Shown in pieces: positions 25,303 to 37,737 of a stretch of DNA of 64,000 nt. The position numbers were made by a program, and so were the translations under genes. Each line of letters starts with the position of its first letter. Position 1 is the first letter of the stretch. The stretch spans positions 6,386,001 to 6,450,000 of the forward strand of contig CM022671.1 in NCBI GenBank assembly GCA_012295275.1, read 5' to 3'. Under the pieces are notes generated by a model that searched no databases, was not told the DNA's origin, and worked only from the letters and a program-made list of their open reading frames with translations. The DNA comes from Chrysomallon squamiferum (taxonomy: Eukaryota > Animalia > Mollusca).

Positions 25303-25676
25303 TAAAATTAAATAAATAAATAAACAAAAATAGAAAAATGCATTTTGTATATCATGTAAATAGAATTGCCAAAAAAAAAAAAAAAATAATAATAATAATA
25401 AATAAATAAATAAAATAATAATAACGAGAAAGTTGTCCATCAAAGTTTATTGTTTTAATAATCAGTCAAGTGATTCAGTAAATAGATTGTTATTTAGATA
25501 AAACACACACACACGCAGACACACACACAAACACGTATATGTAATATTTATAAAAATTCATATATGTTATGTAGACACAGTGTAAACACACACACACACA
25601 CACACATATATGTAAGGTAGAAACAAGTATCTGTATGTGTATGTGTGTGTATGTGTGTTTCTGTGTTATGTAGACG

Positions 25677-26095
25677 GAGTACACAAATAACAGAACTTAC
25701 ACAACTAACAAGACGTACACAAATAACAAGACTTACACAAATAACAGAACTTACACAAATAACAAGACTTACACACGTTACAGAACTTAGACAAATAACA
25801 AGACTTTACACAAATAACAGAACTTACACAAATAACAAGACTTACACATGTTACAGAACTTAGACAAACAACAAGACTTACACAAATAACAGAACTTACA
25901 CAAATAACAAGACTTACACACGTTACAGAACTTAGACAAATAACAAGACTTACACATGTTACAGAACTTAGACAAACAACAAGACTTACACAAATAACAG
26001 AACTTACACAAATAACAAGACTTACACACGTTACAGAACTTAGACAAATAACAAGACTTACACAACTAACAGGACGTACACAAATAGCAAGACTC
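25677..26095. repeat. 18-bp minisatellite (acacaaataacaagactt / acacaaataacagaactt variants)
   Basis: About 23 directly visible units with higher-order alternation of variants. Confidence 0.95.
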
Positions 26096-26341
26096 ATCAG
26101 TCATTTAAACACGTTGTTATAATACTTAGTGTTAAGAACGTTTGAGATTATTTTACTCTAATTTAATATAAGAAATTATTTTATTTCGATCTTTAATTTA
26201 CAAAAGATAAAGTTTTTTAAAACGTGCTCAATGCTGGTTTTATACTTTGTCATCTTCTGGCGTTTACAGATTGTTAATGTTTTACTTCTAACAAAATCAG
26301 CAGCATTGAGTTATAATCGAAAAACTGTTACAAGTGCATAT

Positions 26342-26372
<31 letters not shown>

Positions 26373-26514
26373 TAGCATCACAAATCAAGCTATTTGTGTT
26401 ACATCCTGGATTAATTTCAGTGATGCTAAAAGATAACCATTTTACTTCCGCACCATGCCAGATCTGAACAGGATGTTACGGAAAGTTAATACGATATTAA
26501 TTAAAGAAATAATG

Positions 26515-26661
26515 ATGAAAAGATGAGATAATGCTGTAAATACAAAGAGAGTGTAAATCCTGTGTGTGAAATCCTGGTGAAGTTTAAAATAAATAGAGTC
26601 GCTTAGCTGCATTTTAAACCATTTACTGTTGTAAAACTGCAGAGAAAACAACAATGTAAGT
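26515..26661 (+). promoter_or_regulatory. Putative promoter and non-coding exon 1 of copy 6
   Basis: Same conserved block; donor GTAAGT at 26656. Confidence 0.55.
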
Positions 26662-27162
26662 AAAACTATTTATATATATAAAACTTACTATTATTTATTT
26701 ATTTATTCTGAAATAAAGACAATTTAGGAATTTTCTCTTAAATGTTTTTCTTTAGCGTTTTTTATTTTTATTATTATTTTTTTTAAACGATTACTGAATA
26801 AGTCATCAAATTTATAGGTACTACATTCTTTGAATAATAATTAACATTTTTAAACAAATTCAAAAAATTTACGATTAATTATATTCACAAAAGCTGGATT
26901 ATCTGTTAAAATGAAGACATTTCCCATCCCGAGTTAGCTCCCTTTGCAAAGCGTCCTCTGATTTCCACCCATTTTCATATTTCATTACAGTCATCGACTT
27001 ACGATCACGTTCCGTTCTCACTAATAGATCGTAACCAGATATCTATTATTTGTCTGTATATAATGACGTTATTTCAACCTTACGTCATTCGTATCTCTTT
27101 TGTTGTGTTTCTTTTTTTTTTTTCCTTTTTTCAGTGAACTCTTTAATTAATTTCAAGCAAAG

Positions 27163-27508
27163 ATGAGAGTCGTACTGGTTCTAGCAGTTGTCGTCGCTGT
27201 TGCTGTCTCAAACAGTGTTGCTTGGAGACTAGGGCGCGTACTCAAAACTGCAGTTATTAGTGGAGGTGTCCATTACCTTCTTGGAAAACGAAGTAATAAA
27301 CAGATTTTAAGTAGTGAATATAAACGTCATCTATTACTAGTACTACAACTACAGCAACAACTACTACAACTAATATAATAATAATAAATCGTTTTATTTT
27401 TTGTAAAATTTTGTAAAAGTTCTGGATTCGATTTGCAAATAACACCAGTAAAAGGCACAATCGAAGACCTCGCTCCTAAATGGCGTCTATATTAAATATT
27501 TATTATTA

Positions 27509-27580
<72 letters not shown>

Positions 27581-28089
27581 TTTATTTTATTTCATTACTA
27601 TTATTTTTTTTTTTTATTTTTTTTTTTTTTTTTTTTTTGTAGGTGTAGATGAACTTGATTTGAACAATGACGGTGTGATAGACCAAGACGAAATCGAGGC
27701 TATTCTAAGTAGTCGACAAGCAGACGAACTTCTGCAGTTTGCTGATCGTGATGGTGAAGATTTATTTATTTTTAATTTTAATTTAATTTAATTTTATTTT
27801 ATTTCATTTTAATTACTTAGTTAGTTAGTTTGTTTGTTTGTCTATTTACTTAACTGTTTGTCTGTGTATCCATGTGTACATTTGTACTTTGATATGGATT
27901 CATTTTAAAGTGTTTCCAAGTATAGCACACACACACACTCACACACACACACACACATCAGAACTCGATAATATTTGATGCATATATTTAGTAATTTCTC
28001 TGATATTGTTTACTAATTTACGAGTAGCTGATGATATTGTCACCAAGGAAGAACTGCAGCAAATTATCGATGAATTCAAACGTCACTAG
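27163..28089 (+). CDS. Copy 6: precursor, 100 aa; join(27163..27292,27643..27753,28028..28089); predicted mature peptide WRLGRVLKTAVISGGVHYLL-amide
   Basis: MRVVLVLAVVVAVAVSNSVA / peptide / GKR / SVDELDLNNDGVIDQDEIEAILSSRQADELLQFADRDADDIVTKEELQQIIDEFKRH*. Splice sites are canonical. 3'UTR exon from 28518, AATAAA at 28582. Confidence 0.9.
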
Positions 28090-29394
28090 TGGTAAGTTTG
28101 TAATAAAATACACTTTCAAATATTAATTAATCATATAATTATATTACTAAGTTGTTAAACTGCAGCAAATATCAGTAATAAAATACACGTTCAAATATTA
28201 ATTAATCATATAATTATATTAATAATTTGTTAAACTGCAGCAAACATCAGTAGTTGTAAGTTTGTAATAAAATACACGTTCAAATATTAATTAATCATAT
28301 AATTATATTAATAAGTAGGGAAACTGTTTAATTACAAAAGGTTAGTTACAGTTGCGTTTGCATGTATGTATATAAGTATGTTTAAATTTGGACTGTAATC
28401 TCAAGTTTATATCGTATACACTAAATGCGTTAGAAATAGAAATCTATACACGGAAAGTCAGTACACTATTTTTTTCATTTTCTATTTTTCATTTATTTTT
28501 TTTTGTTTTGGTTTCAGGCTCATCCAAGTTTGACCAGCAAAATGTCTAAACAGAAGTCCGAGATGTCATCACATTGAAAACAATAAAGATAAAATCTCTC
28601 TAATTCCAATTGGTTTTGTTTTTTTTCATTTTAATCTAATTTAATTTAGTTTAATTTAATTTAATTTAATGTAATTTTATAAATAAATAAATAAATAAAT
28701 AAATTTATTTATTTTTAATGTATATTTTATCGATACAATCAAATAAATAAACAAACAAACAAATGAGGTGACAAGAAAATAAGAAAAAAGGATTATTTGA
28801 CCAATGTCCACAATAATCCGAAAAAGTAAACACAACAGTTTAAAGAAGTTCAGCTAACACACTGGTATAAGAGAGAATCATTTCACAACTTAGATTTACC
28901 CGTCTGCGTACAAGAACCATAACCCATGACATTCCTTCCGCTTTTTTTTGGACCGACTGTCTTTGCACGTAGATTTCAGATGTCAGCAACATAATCAAAT
29001 CGAGTTTATAGTGACTTCATAAACACTTAAAGGTAGATTAGGGACGAAAACTAAAAATCGTAAATTTTGCTGAGATTTTAAATTTTCGAATCTGACGTTT
29101 TGATACAAAATTATAATGTGTCTAATATAATTACTGGGAAATGTGACACACAGTTCCTATTTCCATTCTATTTTGGATAAACTGGTTCAGAAAGGGGAAA
29201 AAAGGACAATAATAATCACGTCCATTGGAGAAGGTCGATTTTGCTAAATGTGCACATCAGGTGAGAAAATTCCATTTCAGTTTGTATATCATCACCACTC
29301 GCCCATTCCTACTTTAATATTTTATTACAAAATGGGATCATTTGTTATTACTACAACTACTATTTCTATTAATTTTATTATTATTATTATTATT

Positions 29395-29427
<33 letters not shown>

Positions 29428-29903
29428 GCTGCTGTTGTTATTATTTTATCAGGTGATGAAAATAAATTAACAAATATAAACTGACTTCTACAATTCATAG
29501 CTTAATGAGTTCCTGGATGCATTTCAAGAGGGGGTAACTCTGGAAGAACCTGCTCAGATTGTACCAGAATACCAGCCTGGGATTGACTACGACAGAAAAA
29601 ATCGTTACGCAGAAAGAAAACGATGGAAGGAGGATTATCAACCTGAATAGCAGAAATTTAGATTTAATTTTTGTGTGAATATCAAACATGATTAATTATA
29701 CTGTAATCAAGTAAATTTATATTAGTTTTAATCATGAGACAAAACAATGGTGTTTTAACGAGTAAAATTTGAGTAAAGATTTATTTTTGTTTTTGTTTTT
29801 TATTTTATAAAACACATGGTAAAACCAATATCATAATTTATGCATAAGCTAAAAGAATTACAGCTGAAAAAAAAAAAAAAAAAAATAATAATAATAATAA
29901 TAA

Positions 29904-29939
<36 letters not shown>

Positions 29940-30609
29940 AAAAATAATAATAATAATAAATGAATACAAAATGAAATTAACTTTAAATATTTTTAATAGC
30001 TAGAATGAGCACCTGCATAGCGCATAGCAAAACAAAGTACTCAAGTTGTAAAGATTTGAAGTGTGAAATTTGAGATCGCTGTTTTGCATACGAAATTTAA
30101 TTTTAATTAAACTAGTAACAACAATAAAAAATAGAATTTAAATTTAAAAGTAAGTGTCAAATTTGGGGATAACAGTAATAACAACAAAATTTAAATTGTA
30201 CTGGACTGAATGTTTTTTTTTTTTTTTTTAGACTGTTAAAACGTAAACTACTCATCAGTCATTTAAAACCTTGTTCTCCTACTTAGTGTTAAGAACGTTT
30301 GAAAACATTTTACTCTAATCTAATACAAATTAATATTTTACCATTCGATCTTTAATTGAGAATGATGAAGTTTGTGAAAAGTGATCATTTCTGGTTTTAT
30401 TCTGTGTCATCTTGTGGCGTTTTCAGATTATAGACGTTGTCCAGCTTCTAATATAATCATCAGAACAAAAAATAATCATTTGCCTCATTGTGTTATATCC
30501 AGGATTAATTCAGTGATGCTAAAAGATAAACATTTTACGTCCGCACCATGCCTGATCTGTACAGGGTGTTACGAAAAATTAATACGATATTAATTAAACA
30601 AATAATGAT

Positions 30610-30755
30610 GATAAGATGATATAAAAATATAATTATAAACAGTGTACGAATCCTGTGTGTGAAATCCTGGTGAAGTTTAAGATAAACAGAGTCGCTTAGA
30701 TGCATTTTAATCCATTTTTCTGTTTCACGACTGCAGAGAAAACAATAGTGTAAGT
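30610..30755 (+). promoter_or_regulatory. Putative promoter and non-coding exon 1 of copy 7 (more diverged)
   Basis: Same block with the TATA-like element altered (tttaagataaacag); donor GTAAGT at 30750. Confidence 0.45.
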
Positions 30756-31212
30756 ACAACTTTTTTAATATAAAAAGCTTATTATTAATTAATTAATTTA
30801 TTTATTTATTTATTTATTTAATTATTTAAAGTAATTCATGAAATATACGGATACTATTTATTCTGAATAATAAAAATAAAAGAGTAGTAATATTAGAGAT
30901 TAATTAAAATACCAAATCTGACTTACTTGTTAAAAAAAAAAAAAAAACCACGTAAAGATGAAGACGTTTTTCCTTCCGAGTGAAATCCCTTTATGAAGTG
31001 CACTACGACTTTCTCCAGTTTTCATATTGCATTACAGTCATCAGTTTACGATCGCGTTCCGTTCCGATTAATTGATCGTAAGTCGTATATCTATTATCCG
31101 TGTGTATATTATCACGTTATCTCAACCTTAAGTCATCCATATTTGTTTGTTCTTGCTGGCTTTTTTTTTTATTTTTTTTTTTAGTAAACGCTTTTATTGG
31201 TTTAGATCAAAG

Positions 31213-32101
31213 ATGAGAGTCGTGCTGGTTCTAGCAGTTGTCGTCGCTGTAGCTGTCACTAACAGTGATGCTTGAAGATTACGTCGCTTGTGAGTCAAAC
31301 GCACGGCTATTAAAACAGGCGCAATTCAAGCTATTGGAAAAAGAAGCACTAAACAAGTTTTAAGTAATGAATACGAGCATCAACAAGTACTGCCACTACT
31401 GCTACTACAACTACTACCACATACATATCTAGTACTACTACTACTACAACAACAAACTAGAATAAGAATAATAATTCGTTTCAATTTTGTAAAAATAAAA
31501 AAATGTGGATACGATTTGCAAATGACACCAGTACAATGCTCATTCGAAGACTAGGCACTTTTACATGACGTGTATATTAAATTACATTTTATAAAAATAA
31601 CGAACACTAAAGTAGGGATTTCATTTTATTTATAATTTCTTTTTTGTGTCTGTGTAGGTGTGAATGAAATTGATGTGAACAATGACGGTGTGGTAGACCA
31701 AGACGAAATCGAGGCTATTCTAAGTAGCCGAGAAGCAGACGAACTTCTGGAGTTTGTTGATCGTGATGGTGAAGATTTATTATTTTATTTTGTTTTTATT
31801 ATTTTGTTTTTTTTTTATTTTAATTTTAGTTAATTAGTTAGTTAGTTTGTTAGCTTGTTTGTTTATTTCTTTAAGTCTTTGTTTGTCTGTGTATGTATGT
31901 GTACACTAGTACACTCATATGGATTCATTTCAAAGTACAGTACACACACACACACACACATATATAAAATCTGAACTGGAAAATGTTTGATGGATACATT
32001 TTATAAATGCTCTCACTTTGTTTTTTAATTTACTTGTAGCTGACAAGACCGTCACCATGGAAGAATTACATCAAACTCACGATGAATTCAAACATGAGTA
32101 G
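31213..32101 (+). pseudogene. Copy 7: two in-frame TGA codons in the peptide and a GT>GC donor; exons 31213..31345, 31658..31768, 32040..32101
   Basis: MRVVLVLAVVVAVAVTNSDA*RLRRL*VKRTAIKTGAIQAIGKR, with TGA at 31273 and 31291 and donor A|gcacta at 31346. The last exon has drifted to ADKTVTMEELHQTHDEFKHE*. Confidence 0.85.
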
Positions 32102-32203
32102 ATGTAAGTTTGTAGTAAAATACATGTTCAAATATTGATTAATCACATAATTGTATTAATAACTAGTTAAACTGTTTAATTAGAAAAACAAAGAAACAAA
32201 ATC

Positions 32204-32240
<37 letters not shown>

Positions 32241-32446
32241 TGACTGCGTAAATTTGTGTTAAATATTTATAAAATAACATTATAAAATAGAAATCAGAAC
32301 ACAGAAAGTCAATACACTACTTTCTCTATTTCAGACTCGTCCGAGTTTGACCAGCACAATGTCCAAACAGAAGTCCGAAATGTGAACTCACTGACCTCAA
32401 TAAAGATGAAACCTTTAAAGTTTTTAGTTTTGTTTATTTGTTTAAT

Positions 32447-32499
<53 letters not shown>

Positions 32500-33267
32500 A
32501 ATACTTATGTCGGTTAATAAAGTTAACAGTAGATAAATATCAGACTTGTATGTGAGTACGGCTGTTGGTGAGTGGAGTAAATGATAAATATTTTAAATAA
32601 ATAAATAAATAAACAAACAAACAAATACATAACAAAATAATTACGTGAACAAATTTAAAAAAAAAGAAACTACAAATAAATAAATAACCAGATGACGAAA
32701 AAGAAAGAAAGAAAGAAAGAAACCATTAACCAAACAAACAAACAAACGAAGTGACGTGAAGATGAGAAGATTTTTGTAGGAATTAACTTGAATTAGATCA
32801 TACTAATCTGAAAAAGTAAACAGAACGGTTTAAACAAGTTCAGCTGAGAGAGAATCATTTCACAACTTAGATTTACCAGTCTGTTTAAATCATACCAAGA
32901 ACCATAACCCATGCCATTCCTTCCGTGTAATTGGACGAGTTGTCTTTGCATGCAGATTAGAGACAGCCACCTGTTTATACAGATGTCGATAAAACAGTCC
33001 GCCACAGAGACTGGATCCTGCAAACCATCCACATTAGACGAGTTTTATTCTATCCGAGAATGGATGTACCACGTCTGTCTGTCTGTCAATGCATAATGCA
33101 AACTTTAATACATTATTACAGAACGAATCGATTTCTTTTACAAAAGTTATTACAGCTTTATTAAATAATTAAATATGAGGGTTTTCTTTTTGTTTGTTTG
33201 ATAATGCTTTTTTATTTCTTTTTTCTTTTTTTAAATTACAGAATAGATACCAACTGCACAATCGGTC

Positions 33268-33305
<38 letters not shown>

Positions 33306-34982
33306 GGTGACAAATCATGCAGGTGTCGCCAGAAATTGGTTTTTGTTCTTTTTGGTTTTCACCTTCCACTTCTAACTCCCGTTCATCTCACAGCTCCTTC
33401 ACCCATCCTTTATCTTACCCAGCTACCTTCCAGTCTCTCAGGGGCGGATCAAGCTTTAACTGTCACTGGGCAGCTTTATAAAGCATGAAAAAGAGGGATG
33501 AGAGGATAGACACATGTTGATATCGGTTTAATTTATTTATTTATTTATTAGCCGTGGGGTTCCGTTCAACCGAGAAACCCCTCCCCCTCCCACGATATTC
33601 CGCCACTGTTCTACAGTGTTTAGTTCCTGTACAAGCAGCAGAATCGTGCAAAATAACATTACATATCTAAATTTTAATTATAAATGTGATTCACTCGGAC
33701 AACAACATTTGACTGGTTTTTATCTTCTGTTTGCATTTTTCACAGTGAAACAGAGTAATCTGCCCTTGGGATAGTAAAATAACAATAATCATAACATAAC
33801 AAAACAAAACAAACAAACTAACACCCCCCCCAAAAAAAAAACACAAAAAAAAACACGAGATAACGGAATACAACAGTTTTAAATACAGGAGAAATCAATT
33901 TCTGTTCATTAGTATTTCATTCTGTGTTTCTGATTTCAGGGTCATGTGTGGACTTTGGTGTACATAACAAATATACTTAAAATATATTATTATTATTATT
34001 ATCATCATTATTTGTGTGTGTGTCTCTTTGTTTTTTCTTCTTTCATTTTTCTTTCTTTCTTTTATTTATTTATTTATTTATTTATATAGCTAAGCTTAAC
34101 TTTTCTAAATTTTAAATTTTAAATTTTAGTTAATTAATTTATTTATTAGTTTATTTACCATTCCATCTATAATAACTTAATAAATAATGTTTTATATTTA
34201 AAAAAAAAAAATAATAATAATAATAATAAAAAAGCACACAAAAAAAATTAATGATAAAAAAAAAAGAAGAAAAAAAAGAATCTGATATAAACAAAATAAA
34301 TAAAATAACAAAACCAGTTTAACTACTGCACTAAAGTTACTTATTTATAAAAGAACATCCTCTTCATTTTGTTTGTCGATATTAATTTGAAAATTTACAC
34401 GACTCTGGATTTACAACAATTCTCAAAGGAATTTTACATTTGAGTCGACAATTTCCCTGCACGCCAGATGACGTCAGTACACCGACGTAAAAGATTACAC
34501 TGCGCATGTTCAGCGAAAAGATTTATAAAAATAACAAAATGTCAGATGTAATATTAGCAGCAGACAGAAACGTTAGTTTTGTCATTTGATCGGAAAGATC
34601 ACTTTAATTCCCAATACAGACAGCTGTTAGGTTTGTTTGTTTTGTTTATCAGATTTTTTTATGATTTAGTTTTATTTGTTTTGTTTCTTCATTTATCAGT
34701 TTGATTCAACTATTTGGTTTTTAGTTTTATTTTGTTCGTTTATTGATTTATTGATTTATTTATAAAGGAATTTATAACTTTAAAAAAAATTTATCTTTTT
34801 TTTTCCTTGCTGTTTCTTCGTTTAGTTCATTTTTTTTTTTTTAAATGTAAAATCATTTTTCTTGTTTGTATTCATTTGAGATATTTAAAATGTTTTAGTT
34901 TTCCTGCAGTAAATATTAGGTTTCAGTTGGTTATGTTTGTATTTCTATGTCACTGTTTTTCCAGCAACCATTATTTTAAATA

Positions 34983-35016
<34 letters not shown>

Positions 35017-35685
35017 GCTAGCTAGCTAGCTAGCTATCTATCTATCTATAAAAATGAAGAAGTAAGAAAAGAGTATAATAAATGAAAATACATTTTATAT
35101 ATCATGTAAATAGAATGGCGAAAAAATAAAAAATAAAAAATAATAATAATAATAATCATAATAATAATAATAAATTAATAAATAAATAAATAAACAAATA
35201 AATAATAATTAAATAAACAAACAAACAAACATTATAAATAAATAAATAATGTTTGATTTAATAATACAAACATACATATAAAATCTACGTATATCGATCG
35301 ATCGATCTTTCTGTCGATCTATTAAACAGAAATCTATTTCCAAGACACATTATACATTCTCTGTTATTAAATTACTGTTCGAATACATTCTGTTATTAGA
35401 TAACTGTGCAGTTTACTATAGAGCAATTATCCAGTGCTGTTTTAATAAAACGATCAACTGATTTCCCATCATTTACAAACATGGCTGAAACTGTCAGCGG
35501 AATGGAAGCAATTTTTTTTGGCATACACACATTTGTACTTCCTCTTTCTGCGTAGAAGTTGTTTAAATAAAAGAAATCAGTTGCTGATCAATATGTGTTA
35601 CAGCGGACTGTAAAATTACAAAAAAAAAATTGTATCAGGAGAAAGTCGTCCATCAAAGTTTTTTGTTTAATAACCAGTCAGTGAT

Positions 35686-35970
35686 TTACACAAATACAAA
35701 GGACATACACAAATAACAGGACTTACACAAATAACAGGACGTATACAAATAACAGGATTTACACAAAAAACAGGACGTACACAAATAACAGGACTTGCAC
35801 ATATAACAGGACTTACACAAATAACAGCATGTACACAAATAACAGGACTTGCACAAATAACAGGACTTATGTACAAAATAACAGGATTTACACAAATAAC
35901 AGGACATACACAAATAACAGGACTTGCACATATAACAGGATATACACAAATTACAGGACTTACACAAATA
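35686..35970. repeat. 18-bp minisatellite (acacaaataacaggactt), paralogous to 25677-26095
   Basis: About 15 visible units, with the same left flank (ccatcaaagttt..gtttaataa..cagtca) as the 25.7 kb array. Confidence 0.95.
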
Positions 35971-37410
35971 ATATATATATATATATATAAAATAAATGTA
36001 ACTGTGTTGAAGTAACACCATTCTGTACACTGAGACATACAGAAAAACAGGTAGACAGAACTATACTTAGAACTACATTTGTATGTGTGTGTATATAAAC
36101 ATATATACATATATATATACATACATATACACACACACACACACACATATAAACAAGCACATACAACAACATACACTGCTTATATACAGATACAACATAT
36201 CAATAGAAAAACATTACACACACACTACACACACACACAAATGCATTTAGCTCTATTTATGCCACATCAAATTAAACTGTGGTAAACCGTGGTCCACAAA
36301 CCTTTGTTAGCGCTGTCCTTTTTGTCCAGTGACCATTGTTAGCATTGTCCAGATTCTCCCTTGACCTCTCATAGCAGTGTCTGTTTCGTCCACAGAGGTT
36401 TTAGGTTGATGTTTGTTAATCTAGTTAGAGAACTACTTACCATGTCCACATAAAACTCTGTCAAATACACTGGTCATTTCACCATTTTTTTGTTTTTATC
36501 ATTACAGTATTTTTTATTTCCTGTTGTCATAAAGGATAATTATAATGTTTCATTACATCAGTGCTACACAAAATAATTACTTTGTGTAATATTATATCGA
36601 TGTAACATATGATAATTATATTGTCTTGTATTCTATATAACACAAAATAATTACTTTGTGTAATATTATATCGATGTAACACATAATAATTATGTGTAGA
36701 ATTATTTCAGTTTGCATGGAAATTTTATTGGATTGGATATTAAGTACTGTATAAAAAGAATGTCTTTTAAGTTAAAATAATCTTTATTCTTCTTATTCTT
36801 TTTTTTTTTTTTTTTTGAATATGTTTGATCTATATGTATATATGTGGGCATGTGTGTATATATGTGTGTATGTGTGGTAGTATGTGTATTTATTATTTCG
36901 AGCTGTCGAGAGAATGAATATACAGTATAAACATAGAAAACTGATTAAATGATAATGAATGAACAAAGCTAATGAATGAATATTTAAACAACAAGTTTTA
37001 ACTGAAATCGGCAGGCCCCGGTATTCATGAATAAATTAGCGACTGAATAAATAAATGTTGACGAACACACAAACATGTGTTTCTCTGTTTTATGCAGCCA
37101 TGTGAGAATCTGTCTATCTATCTGATTTGCAAGTTTGTCCATCCTGGCTTAGGATTGGTATTTTACACATTCTGAGAACCATTAGAAATTACAGAGACTC
37201 TTGGATTAATCTGCATTATTTTTCTGGATTCATCCAGATCAGTGTCTTTGAAAAATAATTATCATTTTTACATCCTATCACAGATACATGTGCGTCTCAG
37301 TCGTACACTCTAACCACTAGACCACAGGCTGTCGCAGACAATGGATAAATATTTTATTTAATAATATACTCTATATAGCATCATAATTAATTATTGTTAA
37401 TGGCCGTGGT

Positions 37411-37737
<327 letters not shown>

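Larger units (their letters stand above)
1..33060 (+). repeat. Tandem array of roughly 4-7 kb units, each carrying one peptide/EF-hand precursor gene (7 units visible; probably continues left of the window)
   Basis: The spacer block cagaacagtttatacaagttcagctaag recurs at 1, 4001, ~7894, ~14132, ~21985, ~28830 and ~32821. Promoter, exon and intron blocks recur in the same order and orientation in each unit. Confidence 0.95.

Noticed and set aside
25705-26097. Cys-rich metallothionein-like ORFs (CKSCYL repeats), also at 35667-36176
   Set aside because: Translations of an 18-bp minisatellite that is open in several frames; no splice or start context.
31273-31293. Selenocysteine recoding of the two TGA codons in copy 7
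   Set aside because: The positions align with Trp, not Cys; no SECIS-like hairpin is evident in the short 3'UTR; the donor and last exon are also degraded.
32793-33096. ORFs MDGLQDPVSV.../MPFLPCNW... duplicated at 22088-22297
   Set aside because: No recognisable domain, ends differ between the two copies, and similarity is explained by the segmental duplication.
37280-37335. tRNA gene on the minus strand (TGGTCTAGTGGTTAGAGTG)
   Set aside because: Only the A-box/D-arm half is present with no T-arm; probably a SINE head fragment.
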